A stretch of DNA of 32,000 nt from Geobacter sp. AOG2 (GTDB lineage Bacteria; Desulfobacterota; Desulfuromonadia; Geobacterales; Pseudopelobacteraceae), in NCBI RefSeq assembly GCF_019972295.1, contig NZ_BLJA01000001.1, forward strand, positions 2,142,158 through 2,174,157, written 5' to 3'. Positions 16,371-24,510 of this stretch are shown here, in pieces (the first letter of the stretch is position 1; each line of letters opens with the position of its first letter). The translations under genes and the position numbers were made by a program. The notes under the pieces were generated by a model. It was not told where the DNA came from. It saw only the letters and a program-made list of their open reading frames with translations, and made no database searches.

Positions 16371-17528
16371 CTAACCCAGGGGCAGGGAAAAGGAGAAAAC
16401 CGTGCCCTCGTCCTGATTGCTTCTGAAATCGACCTTGCCCTTGAGATAGCGCTCCCCGAACAATTTCATGCTGTACGTGCCGATGCCCCGGCCCAACGCA
16501 GATTTCGTGCTGAATGAGCGCTTGAACAGTTGCAACTGCGCCTCCGACGGAATCTCGCCGCTATTGTGTACCTCGATAGTTGCCCGCGATCCGTCCGAAT
16601 CGGCCGAAAGCGTCACCACGCCTCCGACCGGTGTGGCCTCCAGGGCATTCAGCGTCATATTGCCGATGATCCGGCGCAGGATCGCCGCATCGGTGGTGAC
16701 GATGAAATCCGGGCCGTCCTTCAGCACCAACTCCCTGCCGGGCGCCCTCTCGTGATGGTTGAAAAGCCGGCTGGTTTCGAGCAATACCTCCCGGATGCTT
16801 ACGGGGGCGCATTCGGGCACGAACTCTCCCCGTTCCGCCGCCAGCAGATTGCGTTGTCCCTGGATCTCGTCCAGCAGGTTTCCCGACAGCGTCACAAGCC
16901 AGCCGACGTAGTCGGAAGGCGCATGCCCGGACACGTCCTCCCGCTCCGCCATAAGGGAGGCCAGACCATGAATGCCGCCGGCCGTATTGACGACATCATG
17001 GAAAAAAAGCTGCTCCAGAACCTCGCGACGTTTTTCGTTGCTGATATCCTGGAGTACCACGATGGTGAATTTCCGGTCGTGGATACGGATCGGCGTCGCC
17101 GTTGCCAGCATATCGAGGGCAAGCTCCCTGTCGCCCTTCACGGCGACCAGGCACTCGCGCACAACCTGTCCGCCGCTCTCCTGGCTCTTCAGAATGGCGA
17201 GCACGGCGCCGCATACGGAACAATACTCACTGGTGCCGCACCCGCCGGAGGAATCTTCGGCATGGGCGCAGTTGAGCACCTCGCCGAGACGCTTGCCGAC
17301 CAGTTCCCCATTGTCGGCAGCCCCGGAAAGCTGAAGCGCGTTACGGTTACAGGCCACGATCTGCCGCTGTTCGTTGACCAGCACCACATAGCCCGGCATG
17401 GCCTGGATAAGGGTGTCCACCAACTCTTCGTGGAGAACGGCCCGCTGCTGTTCCGCCAGAACATCGCCGGAGGCCAGCTCGGCAGGGGCAAACCGGGTCA
17501 TGGAGAGTGCGGATTGTGTTTGAGCCAT
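16371..17528 (-). CDS. Sensor histidine kinase (cytoplasmic; PAS-like sensor with a 4-Cys motif; HATPase_c)
   Basis: 385 aa with no TM segments. H-box FFHDVVNTAGGIHGL, N-box IIGNMTLNALEA, and G-boxes HNSGEI and GRGIGTYSMKL. The sensor region contains C-x9-C-x5-C-x2-C (NCAHAEDSSGGCGTSEYCSVCG). Starts 9 nt after the manC stop. Confidence 0.85.
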   Translation of the reverse strand: MAQTQSALSMTRFAPAELASGDVLAEQQRAVLHEELVDTLIQAMPGYVVLVNEQRQIVACNRNALQLSGAADNGELVGKRLGEVLNCAHAEDSSGGCGTSEYCSVCGAVLAILKSQESGGQVVRECLVAVKGDRELALDMLATATPIRIHDRKFTIVVLQDISNEKRREVLEQLFFHDVVNTAGGIHGLASLMAEREDVSGHAPSDYVGWLVTLSGNLLDEIQGQRNLLAAERGEFVPECAPVSIREVLLETSRLFNHHERAPGRELVLKDGPDFIVTTDAAILRRIIGNMTLNALEATPVGGVVTLSADSDGSRATIEVHNSGEIPSEAQLQLFKRSFSTKSALGRGIGTYSMKLFGERYLKGKVDFRSNQDEGTVFSFSLPLG

Positions 17529-17537
17529 GCCAGCCCC

Positions 17538-18614
17538 CTACAAATAGGACGTAAGCCCGCGCGCCGTCAGTTGCTCGACCACCTTTTTCACATCCTGGGC
17601 CCGCTCCCGGTCGCACACCAGCAGGGCATCCGGGGTTGACACCACCACCAGCCCCCGTACCCCGACCGTGGCCACCATTTTGCCGTCGGCGTAGATCAGG
17701 CAATCCGACGAATCGATGGCCACATGGCCTGCGGCGTTGATGCAAACCGTGCCGGAGGCGTCCGGGGCGACCACCTCGGGGAGGGCGCTCCAGCTTCCCA
17801 CATCGCTCCACCCCATTTCCACCGGCACCACCAGGACCTTGGAGGATTTCTCCATGACGGCGTAATCTATGGAAACGCCGGCAACGGCGTCGTACATCGT
17901 CTCGATCTGCGCGGCAAGGTCCGAGAGTTCCCAGACATCGCCGGTAAACGATATGCCCGCCAGGGCCCGCCCCAAATCGGGTACATGGAAGGCTATCTCC
18001 CCCAGGATCGTGTCGCAGCGCCAGATGAACATCCCGCTGTTCCAGAAAAAGTTGCCCTCTTCCAGGTAACGGACCGCCTGCTCCAACGGCGGCTTCTCCA
18101 CAAAGCGTCGTACCGGGAACGGTCCGTCGCCGCGCAGTTCGAGATCGGCCTCGATATAGCCGTAACCGGTCTCGGGGCGGGACGGCATGATGCCCAGCGT
18201 CACCAGGTAACCGTTGTGCGCCGCGTGGCGGGCGCGCACCAGGGTTTCCCGGAGCCCCTCCTCGTCCTTGATGAAATGGTCCGCGGGCAGCACCACCATG
18301 ATCCCTGCGGGATCGTGGGCGGCAATGATGGCGGCCGCCAGCCCGATGGCCGGGGCGGTGTTCCGGGCCGAGGGTTCGGCGATGACGTCGATGGGCACGC
18401 CCTTGTAGCCGGAGAGCTGAAGCTCCGTCTCTTCGGCCTGAATCCGGTTGGTGATCACCAGGATACGCTTGGGGTTGAGCGGCAGCACCCGTTCGACCGT
18501 CCGCTGGAGCATGGTCCGGTCCCCGGTGATGGAGATGAGCTGCTTGGGACGGGCGGCACGGGATAAAGGCCAGAAACGGGTGCCGGAACCGCCGGCAAGG
18601 ATCACGATATACAT
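17538..18614 (-). CDS. manC: Mannose-1-phosphate guanylyltransferase (nucleotidyltransferase domain only)
   Basis: 358 aa. MYIVILAGGSGTRFWPLSR...PKQL and GYGYIE are typical of ManC/CpsB GMP enzymes. It lacks the C-terminal cupin/PMI domain. GAGGAAGGG RBS. Confidence 0.85.
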   Translation of the reverse strand: MYIVILAGGSGTRFWPLSRAARPKQLISITGDRTMLQRTVERVLPLNPKRILVITNRIQAEETELQLSGYKGVPIDVIAEPSARNTAPAIGLAAAIIAAHDPAGIMVVLPADHFIKDEEGLRETLVRARHAAHNGYLVTLGIMPSRPETGYGYIEADLELRGDGPFPVRRFVEKPPLEQAVRYLEEGNFFWNSGMFIWRCDTILGEIAFHVPDLGRALAGISFTGDVWELSDLAAQIETMYDAVAGVSIDYAVMEKSSKVLVVPVEMGWSDVGSWSALPEVVAPDASGTVCINAAGHVAIDSSDCLIYADGKMVATVGVRGLVVVSTPDALLVCDRERAQDVKKVVEQLTARGLTSYL

Positions 18615-18627
18615 GGTCGTCCCTTCC

Positions 18628-19140
18628 TCACTTGTATTGGATGCGATCTATAAAGTCGGATACCTCGCGGGCCAGGCTGTTGAGGGTTTCGCTGGTGTCG
18701 AAGACATCCCACAGGGTCTGCCGGAAATAGGCGACCTCCTGGCCTGTCGCACCGTCGTGGAGCGTCGCCGTGATGGAGACGCGAAAACGCCCCACCCTGG
18801 TAAATTTCCCCTTCAATACCAGTGTCGTCCCGGTTATCTCGCCGTCGCGGGTCACTTCCTGGTAGATATGCCGGGACAGGACGTACCGTTCTATCTGCCT
18901 GGCCAGTTCGTCGGGCATCCGGGCGTAGTTCCGCTCGCGCTCGCTCATGCGCTCTTCCGGGACGTTGGTGTACAAATCGCGGCTCAAGTCGAAGTTGCGG
19001 ATGACCAGGGATTTATAGGTAGCCATCGGTTGCTTGTTGGTGACGACCTCCTCATCCACAACCGTGGTGGATGTGGTGGCGCAGGCCGTCAGCAGGCACA
19101 ACAATACAAATATGGCGCTATATTTCAGATAATTGAACAT
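18628..19140 (-). CDS. Putative lipoprotein of unknown function
   Basis: 170 aa. Signal peptide with the lipobox LLTAC (MFNYLKYSAIFVLLCLLTAC). I recognise no catalytic motif. Confidence 0.7.
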   Translation of the reverse strand: MFNYLKYSAIFVLLCLLTACATTSTTVVDEEVVTNKQPMATYKSLVIRNFDLSRDLYTNVPEERMSERERNYARMPDELARQIERYVLSRHIYQEVTRDGEITGTTLVLKGKFTRVGRFRVSITATLHDGATGQEVAYFRQTLWDVFDTSETLNSLAREVSDFIDRIQYK

Positions 19141-19159
19141 ACTTAGTCACAGTAAAACT

Positions 19160-19519
19160 TTAAGAGGCATCGGGGAGATTGCACCGGTTGTAATCATCAT
19201 CGAAACGGACGATATCGTCTTCCCCGAGATACTCGCCGCTCTGCACCTCGATGACTACCAGGGGGATCTTCCCCGGATTTTCCAGGCGGTGGGTCTTCCC
19301 GATGGGGATGAAGGTGGATTCATTCACATTGACCAGAAACTCGTCATCACCGCAGGTGACCTTGGCAATGCCGGACACGATGATCCAGTGCTCGCTGCGG
19401 TGATGGTGTTTCTGCAACGACAAGCGTTGTCCCGGCTTGACCTCGATGCGCTTGATCTTGTAGCTGGTGTTCTCGTCCAGTACGACGTATTCCCCCCAAG
19501 GGCGCTCTCCCCGTTCCAT
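19160..19519 (-). CDS. Cupin-domain protein, resembles the type II phosphomannose isomerase C-terminal domain of bifunctional ManC
   Basis: 119 aa. [11 protein letters not shown]...[31 protein letters not shown]...[13 protein letters not shown] matches the cupin/PMI module normally fused to GMP enzymes. Confidence 0.75.
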   Translation of the reverse strand: MERGERPWGEYVVLDENTSYKIKRIEVKPGQRLSLQKHHHRSEHWIIVSGIAKVTCGDDEFLVNVNESTFIPIGKTHRLENPGKIPLVVIEVQSGEYLGEDDIVRFDDDYNRCNLPDAS

Positions 19520-19532
19520 ATCTTCTCCTGGG

Positions 19533-19653
19533 AGGTTGTTGAAAAACAGCCATCTCGCCTCCGTCCTCGAAAGCCCTTTTGTGCGGCGTAGCGCTGCTAC
19601 GCCTCCGCAGGGCCTTCTGCGGGTGCGACGATCTGACTATTTTTGAACAACCT
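19533..19653. repeat. 121-nt intergenic element: 27-bp imperfect inverted arms enclosing two hairpins
   Basis: The arms 19533-19559 and 19627-19653 pair at 21/27 positions (core GGTTGTTGAAAAA vs TTTTTGAACAACC). Inside are GGCGTAGC-GCT-GCTACGCC and CCGCAG-GGCCTT-CTGCGG. The element fills most of the rmlD-cupin spacer. Confidence 0.5.
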
Positions 19654-19671
19654 GAGTTTTTTAACAGCCTG

Positions 19672-20499
19672 TTATTTCCTCAATCTCAGATACGAGCGTA
19701 GCGCATCCCGCCACGGCTGCGGCCCATAGCCGCAATCGCGCAACAGTTTGCCGCAGTCCAGCGTTGAATAGAGCGGACGCCTCGCCGGACGGTTCAACTG
19801 CTCGGTGGTCATGGCGGTGACCTTTACCCCCATCCCCGCCTCCTGAAAAATGGCGCGGGCAAACTCATTCCACGAGCAATACCCCCCGTTGGCGGCATGG
19901 TAGACGCCGCGGCACCCCTTTTCGATCAGGGCCAGAATAGCGTGGGCCAGGTCCACGGTCCAGGTGGGGGAACCGATCTGGTCGTCCACCACCGAGAGTT
20001 CATCCCGCTCCGCGCCCAGGCGCAGCATGGTCTCGACGAAGTTCTTGCCGTGCAGGCCGTAGAGCCATTGAGTGCGGACAATCAGGTGATCGGGGTTGAC
20101 GGCTGCGTTCATCTCGCCCGCCAGCTTGGATTCGCCGTAGACGTTGAGGGGATTGGGGGCGTCGTTCTCAAGATAGGGCGCCCCCTTGCCTCCGTCGAAG
20201 ACATAATCGGTGCTGACCTGGACCAGGCGCGCTCCGATCATGCGGGTAGCCATGGCCAGATGGGCCACACCTTCGCCATTGACCTGCATGGCGGTTTCCT
20301 GATTGCTCTCGCAGCCGTCCACATCGGTGTAGGCGGCGCAATTGACCACCACCGACGGGCGCACCGCCGTGAGAACGCGCTCGGTGGATTCCAGCGAGGT
20401 GATGTCGATATCGTCGATATCCACACCCCGCCCCCGTTCGCCGAGCAGGGCCATCATGTCCCGGCCCAGCATGCCGTTGGCTCCGACTACCAGAATCAT
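19672..20499 (-). CDS. rmlD: dTDP-4-dehydrorhamnose reductase
   Basis: 275 aa from the ATG at 20499 (MILVVGANGMLG), which overlaps the rmlB stop (ATGA). Motifs VVNCAAYTDVD, STDYVFDG and YGESKLAGE. The upstream 99 codons of the track ORF overlap rmlB and are rejected. Confidence 0.9.
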   Translation of the reverse strand: MILVVGANGMLGRDMMALLGERGRGVDIDDIDITSLESTERVLTAVRPSVVVNCAAYTDVDGCESNQETAMQVNGEGVAHLAMATRMIGARLVQVSTDYVFDGGKGAPYLENDAPNPLNVYGESKLAGEMNAAVNPDHLIVRTQWLYGLHGKNFVETMLRLGAERDELSVVDDQIGSPTWTVDLAHAILALIEKGCRGVYHAANGGYCSWNEFARAIFQEAGMGVKVTAMTTEQLNRPARRPLYSTLDCGKLLRDCGYGPQPWRDALRSYLRLRK

Positions 20500-21566
20500 G
20501 GTTTGCCCCCGTATTGCTGCGTGTAATATTCCCGGTACGCCCCGGAGGTAACCTCGGCCACCCACTCCTGATTGGCCAGATACCAGTCGATGGTCTCGGC
20601 AATCCCCTGCTCGAAGGTAAAGGCCGGGCCCCAGCCCAGGTCGTTTTTCAGCTTCGAGGCGTCGATGGCATAGCGCCGGTCGTGGCCGGGGCGGTCCTTG
20701 ACAAAGGTGATGAGGCTGCGGTTCTCGCCGGCAGGCCGGCCCAGACGTGCGTCCAGCAGGTCGCAGACCAGATGAACGATGTCGATGTTCTTCCACTCGT
20801 TATTGCCGCCGATGTTGTAGACCGAGCCGGGGGCGGCCTGCTTCAGGACCGTCTCCACCGCCGCGCCGTGATCGCGCACATGCAGCCAGTCGCGCACATT
20901 CAGGCCGTCGCCGTAGACCGGCAGCGGCTTTTTGTTGATGATGTTGTGGATCATGAGCGGGATCAGTTTCTCGGGGAAATGATAGGGGCCGTAGTTGTTG
21001 GAACAGCGGGTGTTGAGGGTCGGCATGCCGTAGGTCTCGTGGTAGGCCCGCACCAGGAGGTCGGCACCGGCCTTGCTGGCCGAATAGGGGGAATTGGCGG
21101 ACAGGGGCGTCTGCTCGGTAAAATAACCGGTTTCGCCAAGGCTGCCGTAGACCTCGTCCGTGGAAATCTGGAGATAGCGGAAGCCGGTGACCGCCCCGGA
21201 CTGCCAGTGCTTGCGGCTCTCCTCCAGCAGGACCTGCGTTCCCAGCACATTGGTGCGCACGAAGATCTCGGGGCCGGTAATGGAACGGTCCACATGGGAT
21301 TCGGCGGCAAAATGGACGACCGCATCGACCTTCCGCTCTTTCAGTACGGCCGCCACCAGAGTGGCATCGCAGATGTCGCCCTTGATGAAACGGTAGCGGG
21401 GGTTGCCCTCCACCGCGGTCAGGTTCTTCAGATTGCCCGCATAGGTCAGGCAATCAAGGTTGGTCACGTCGCAGCCCGGATTGGCGGCAACGAAAGAATG
21501 GATGAAGTTGGAGCCGATGAAACCGGCACCTCCGGTCACGAGAATGGATGTCGGCTGGAATGGCAT
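20496..21566 (-). CDS. rmlB: dTDP-glucose 4,6-dehydratase
   Basis: ILVTGGAGFIGSNF, HFAAESHVDRS and the YSASKA catalytic motif; full-length RmlB-like. Start at the ATG at 21566 (MPFQPTS) after GGAGAG. Confidence 0.92.
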   Translation of the reverse strand: MPFQPTSILVTGGAGFIGSNFIHSFVAANPGCDVTNLDCLTYAGNLKNLTAVEGNPRYRFIKGDICDATLVAAVLKERKVDAVVHFAAESHVDRSITGPEIFVRTNVLGTQVLLEESRKHWQSGAVTGFRYLQISTDEVYGSLGETGYFTEQTPLSANSPYSASKAGADLLVRAYHETYGMPTLNTRCSNNYGPYHFPEKLIPLMIHNIINKKPLPVYGDGLNVRDWLHVRDHGAAVETVLKQAAPGSVYNIGGNNEWKNIDIVHLVCDLLDARLGRPAGENRSLITFVKDRPGHDRRYAIDASKLKNDLGWGPAFTFEQGIAETIDWYLANQEWVAEVTSGAYREYYTQQYGGKP

Positions 21567-21749
21567 CTTGCGGGCTCTCCTCGGAGACACATGGTAGTGA
21601 TCTGTTAACCGAAAAAATGTACCATATTTGCCGGTGGTCTGCGAATAAAAAAACTCCTGCCGGGCAAGCGGCGGGGCTCTACCCTTGCCCGTGCGGCCAA
21701 GTTGGTATATAAATCGGAAAAGGACATCTCACGAAAGGAGGGAAAGACC

Positions 21750-21932
21750 ATGACAACAGCAACCTGCCGCTGCGGCGGAACCACCCACAGCCACATGTGC
21801 ATGCTCAGAAGCAACGGGAAAACCGAAGAGATCGCGCGCATCACCACCGACCCCAAGTTCTATTGTTTCACCTGCGGAGCCGAGGCCAACTGTGCCGAGA
21901 ATCTGTGCGAACCGGCCCCCATCGAGGCCTGA
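21750..21932 (+). CDS. Small cysteine-rich protein (60 aa), unknown function
   Basis: The ATG at 21750 follows a strong RBS (GAAAGGAGGGAAAGACC). MTTATCRCGGTTHSHMCMLRSNGKTEEIARITTDPKFYCFTCGAEANCAENLCEPAPIEA has 7 Cys and 2 His, including CxC and CxxC. The track ORF starts 16 codons earlier without an RBS. Confidence 0.55.
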   Translation: MTTATCRCGGTTHSHMCMLRSNGKTEEIARITTDPKFYCFTCGAEANCAENLCEPAPIEA

Positions 21933-21954
21933 GACGGTTGTTCAACAGCCTGCG

Positions 21955-23088
21955 CTAGGGACCATCGGCGCGTACGATCCAATCCTTCTTGCAGCAGGCG
22001 GAGGCAAGCCCCCCCGTGGCGGTCAACAGGACGGTCACGGCGTTGAAGACCTCATCGACCGTGATATCGCTCATGCACCGGGCGGCAATGGGACACGGCG
22101 GCGTGGTGCCGAAGGTCGTACAGGGCGAACAGGGCAGGCCCTTGTTGATCACAATGTGGCGATCCCCCCGGGGAGCCCATTTTCGCGCCCTCCCCGGCCC
22201 GAACAGCGACACGGTGGGAATCCCCAGCCCTACGGCAATGTGCAGCACGCCGGAATCGCCGCCGAGCAATAAGGCGCTCTTCCGAATAACCGCCGCGGTT
22301 TCGGACAACGAGGTCCGGCCCGCCAGGTTCAATCCCTCTCCTCCCGCTACGATCATCTCCCCCTGGGCTTTATCCTCCCTGCCGCCCACCACGACGACCG
22401 GAACCCCCACGGCAGCCAACAGTTCAGCCGTTTTTCCGAACTTATCCGCCCCCCAGCGCCGCTCCGGGATGCTGGCGCCGGGGAAGATCGTCACGAAGGC
22501 CCTCCCCGTGAATTTCTCCACGAGTGCATCCGCCCGCTCCACCGCCGCCTGGGGAACGGTGAGAAAAGGCAACGAAACCTCGCCCTGCTCGATACCCAAC
22601 GGCCCAAGCAGTTTTACAAAGCTGTCGATCTCATAGTCGTCCTGGGAATAGGCCACGGGATGCGTAAACAGGCGAGCGCGCTCGTTGGCGGCAAAGCCGA
22701 TCGACACGGGTGCGCGGATCAGGCGCGCCACCACGGCCGACAGGCGGTGCCACTGTTCGGTGTCGATGACCACATCGTACCTGCCGCGCAGGGCGCGGAA
22801 TAGTTCGGCCGGACGGTCGTAATGCAAGATCTGGCGGACATGGGGGGAGAGGCTAAAGACGGCGCTGTTGCGCTTTTCGGCGAGGCAATCGATGGCTGCG
22901 TCCGGGTATGCCGATTTGATGGCGCTGATGGCGGGGATCAGGTGCACGGCGTCGCCGATGCCGCCGGGGCGGATGAGGAGGATGGCGGTGATTGGAGCAG
23001 GCGTGGCCTTCACGCCGGGCCGGGGCATCAATGAGGCCGCCAGCCGCCCGATCACGGCGTCCAGGGATTTCATCACACCGATATTCAT
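21955..23088 (-). CDS. Glycosyltransferase family 9 (heptosyltransferase-like)
   Basis: 377 aa from the ATG at 23088, which overlaps the upstream stop (ATGA). ILLIRPGGIGDAVHLIPAISAIK, PGASIPERRWGADKF and GGDSGVLHIAVGLGIPTVSLFGP are GT9 signatures. The 190 upstream codons of the track ORF overlap the preceding gene and are rejected. Confidence 0.85.
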   Translation of the reverse strand: MNIGVMKSLDAVIGRLAASLMPRPGVKATPAPITAILLIRPGGIGDAVHLIPAISAIKSAYPDAAIDCLAEKRNSAVFSLSPHVRQILHYDRPAELFRALRGRYDVVIDTEQWHRLSAVVARLIRAPVSIGFAANERARLFTHPVAYSQDDYEIDSFVKLLGPLGIEQGEVSLPFLTVPQAAVERADALVEKFTGRAFVTIFPGASIPERRWGADKFGKTAELLAAVGVPVVVVGGREDKAQGEMIVAGGEGLNLAGRTSLSETAAVIRKSALLLGGDSGVLHIAVGLGIPTVSLFGPGRARKWAPRGDRHIVINKGLPCSPCTTFGTTPPCPIAARCMSDITVDEVFNAVTVLLTATGGLASACCKKDWIVRADGP

Positions 23089-24440
23089 CGGGAAGCGCCG
23101 CTTACCGTCGGTTCGGGCTTGCCGAGCAGGAGCCGGTCCACAACCTCCACGCCCTGCATGAAGGAATGATCCATGTTGCCCACCTCGTATTTCCAGGCCC
23201 CGAAACGGCCGCGGGAATAGACGTTGCGGGATTCGAGATACGGCTGAATCAGGTCGAGCGCCCTGTCCCGCCCCAACGTCGGCACCGGATAGGAATAGGG
23301 AATATCGATCAGGTAACGGCTGACGATATCCTCCCTCTGCCTGTTTTCGATCATGCCGCTGTTGACCAGCCCCTGGACCGTTTCGTCCACAATGGCCGCT
23401 GGAGACGCCGGCTTGTGCGGCGAATAGGTGGTCTCGCACATGAGGGAAAACGCATGGTCCGTATCGCCCAGCGGCACATTGTAGGGAGAATAATTGTGAA
23501 AGTTCGTCACCCGGTAGAACGGGCTGTCCTTCTCCGGGAAGTACATCCAGCACTTCGTATCCTCCCGATGCCCTGTAAAGCCGAGTCCAACGATCAGGCC
23601 GCCATTGTGGACCAGGCCCTCCGTGGCGGAAGCAACCGCTTCCGGCACGGCGCTGCACGACCCGACAAACAGGTCCAGCGGGACCGTGGTGATCAACACG
23701 TCATACGATTCCACCCTGCCGTTGGCGAATCTGACCTGTTTCGCCTCCAGATCGACCGTCCGCATCTCGTGATTCAGGTGAATCCTCTCCCTGAGCGGCC
23801 CGGCGATCCCCTCGTAGATGGCCCCGGTCCCCCCCTGTTTCGGGAATTTGAAGGTGTTGTTCGGCCCCCAGCTCAGGTCGTCCAATCCATCGGCGATGTT
23901 CTTTTCAATACGGGCCAGGTCCACCATGCTGACCCGTTCGGCGATCCATTCCTTGCTCATGGTTTCCAGCGGCACGCCCCACACCTTGCGGTTATAGGGC
24001 TCCATGAAGTAGTTAACGATGCCGCTGCCGAAGACCGTGTCCATCCACTCGCGGAAATTGGTTGTATTTACCGGGCTTCCCGAGAGATTGCGCAGTCCTT
24101 CGACGCACGCCTGCAACGCCTCGTCCGGCAGGTGGCGGACGTTGTTCTGGAAGGGATACGGCACCCAGGTTTGCAGGATGCGGACCCAGCTCTCCCGCTG
24201 GTGTTCGTAGTACGAGTCGCCCAGCGCGGCGGCAACGGCCTTGTCGAAATAGTCGTAGTGGGAAAAGAGGACATGCCCGCCGACATCCCAGGTAAAACCG
24301 GAATCGTCGAGAAAAGAGGCGGATAGCCCCCCAACATTACCGTTGCGCTCGAAGAGTTGCCAGTCGGTGTGGCCCAGTTTATCGAGGTGGTAGGCGGCGC
24401 CCAGGCCGGTGGGGCCGGCGCCCAGGATGAGGATGGTCAT
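23085..24440 (-). CDS. FAD-dependent UDP-galactopyranose mutase-like enzyme (long, eukaryote-type subfamily)
   Basis: 451 aa. Dinucleotide fold ILILGAGPTGLGAAYHL, then GGHVLFSHYDYFD, WVPYPFQNN, KCWMYFPE..SPFYRVTNFHNYSP and RGRFGAWKYEVGNMDHSFMQGVE. From memory these align block by block with fungal and kinetoplastid UGM. Confidence 0.65.
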   Translation of the reverse strand: MTILILGAGPTGLGAAYHLDKLGHTDWQLFERNGNVGGLSASFLDDSGFTWDVGGHVLFSHYDYFDKAVAAALGDSYYEHQRESWVRILQTWVPYPFQNNVRHLPDEALQACVEGLRNLSGSPVNTTNFREWMDTVFGSGIVNYFMEPYNRKVWGVPLETMSKEWIAERVSMVDLARIEKNIADGLDDLSWGPNNTFKFPKQGGTGAIYEGIAGPLRERIHLNHEMRTVDLEAKQVRFANGRVESYDVLITTVPLDLFVGSCSAVPEAVASATEGLVHNGGLIVGLGFTGHREDTKCWMYFPEKDSPFYRVTNFHNYSPYNVPLGDTDHAFSLMCETTYSPHKPASPAAIVDETVQGLVNSGMIENRQREDIVSRYLIDIPYSYPVPTLGRDRALDLIQPYLESRNVYSRGRFGAWKYEVGNMDHSFMQGVEVVDRLLLGKPEPTVSGASR

Positions 24441-24510
24441 GCTTTGTCAGTACCTTTTCTATACCTTAAGAGGGGTGGATAATTTCAGGGAAATTGGGCT
24501 TCGAGCAGAA

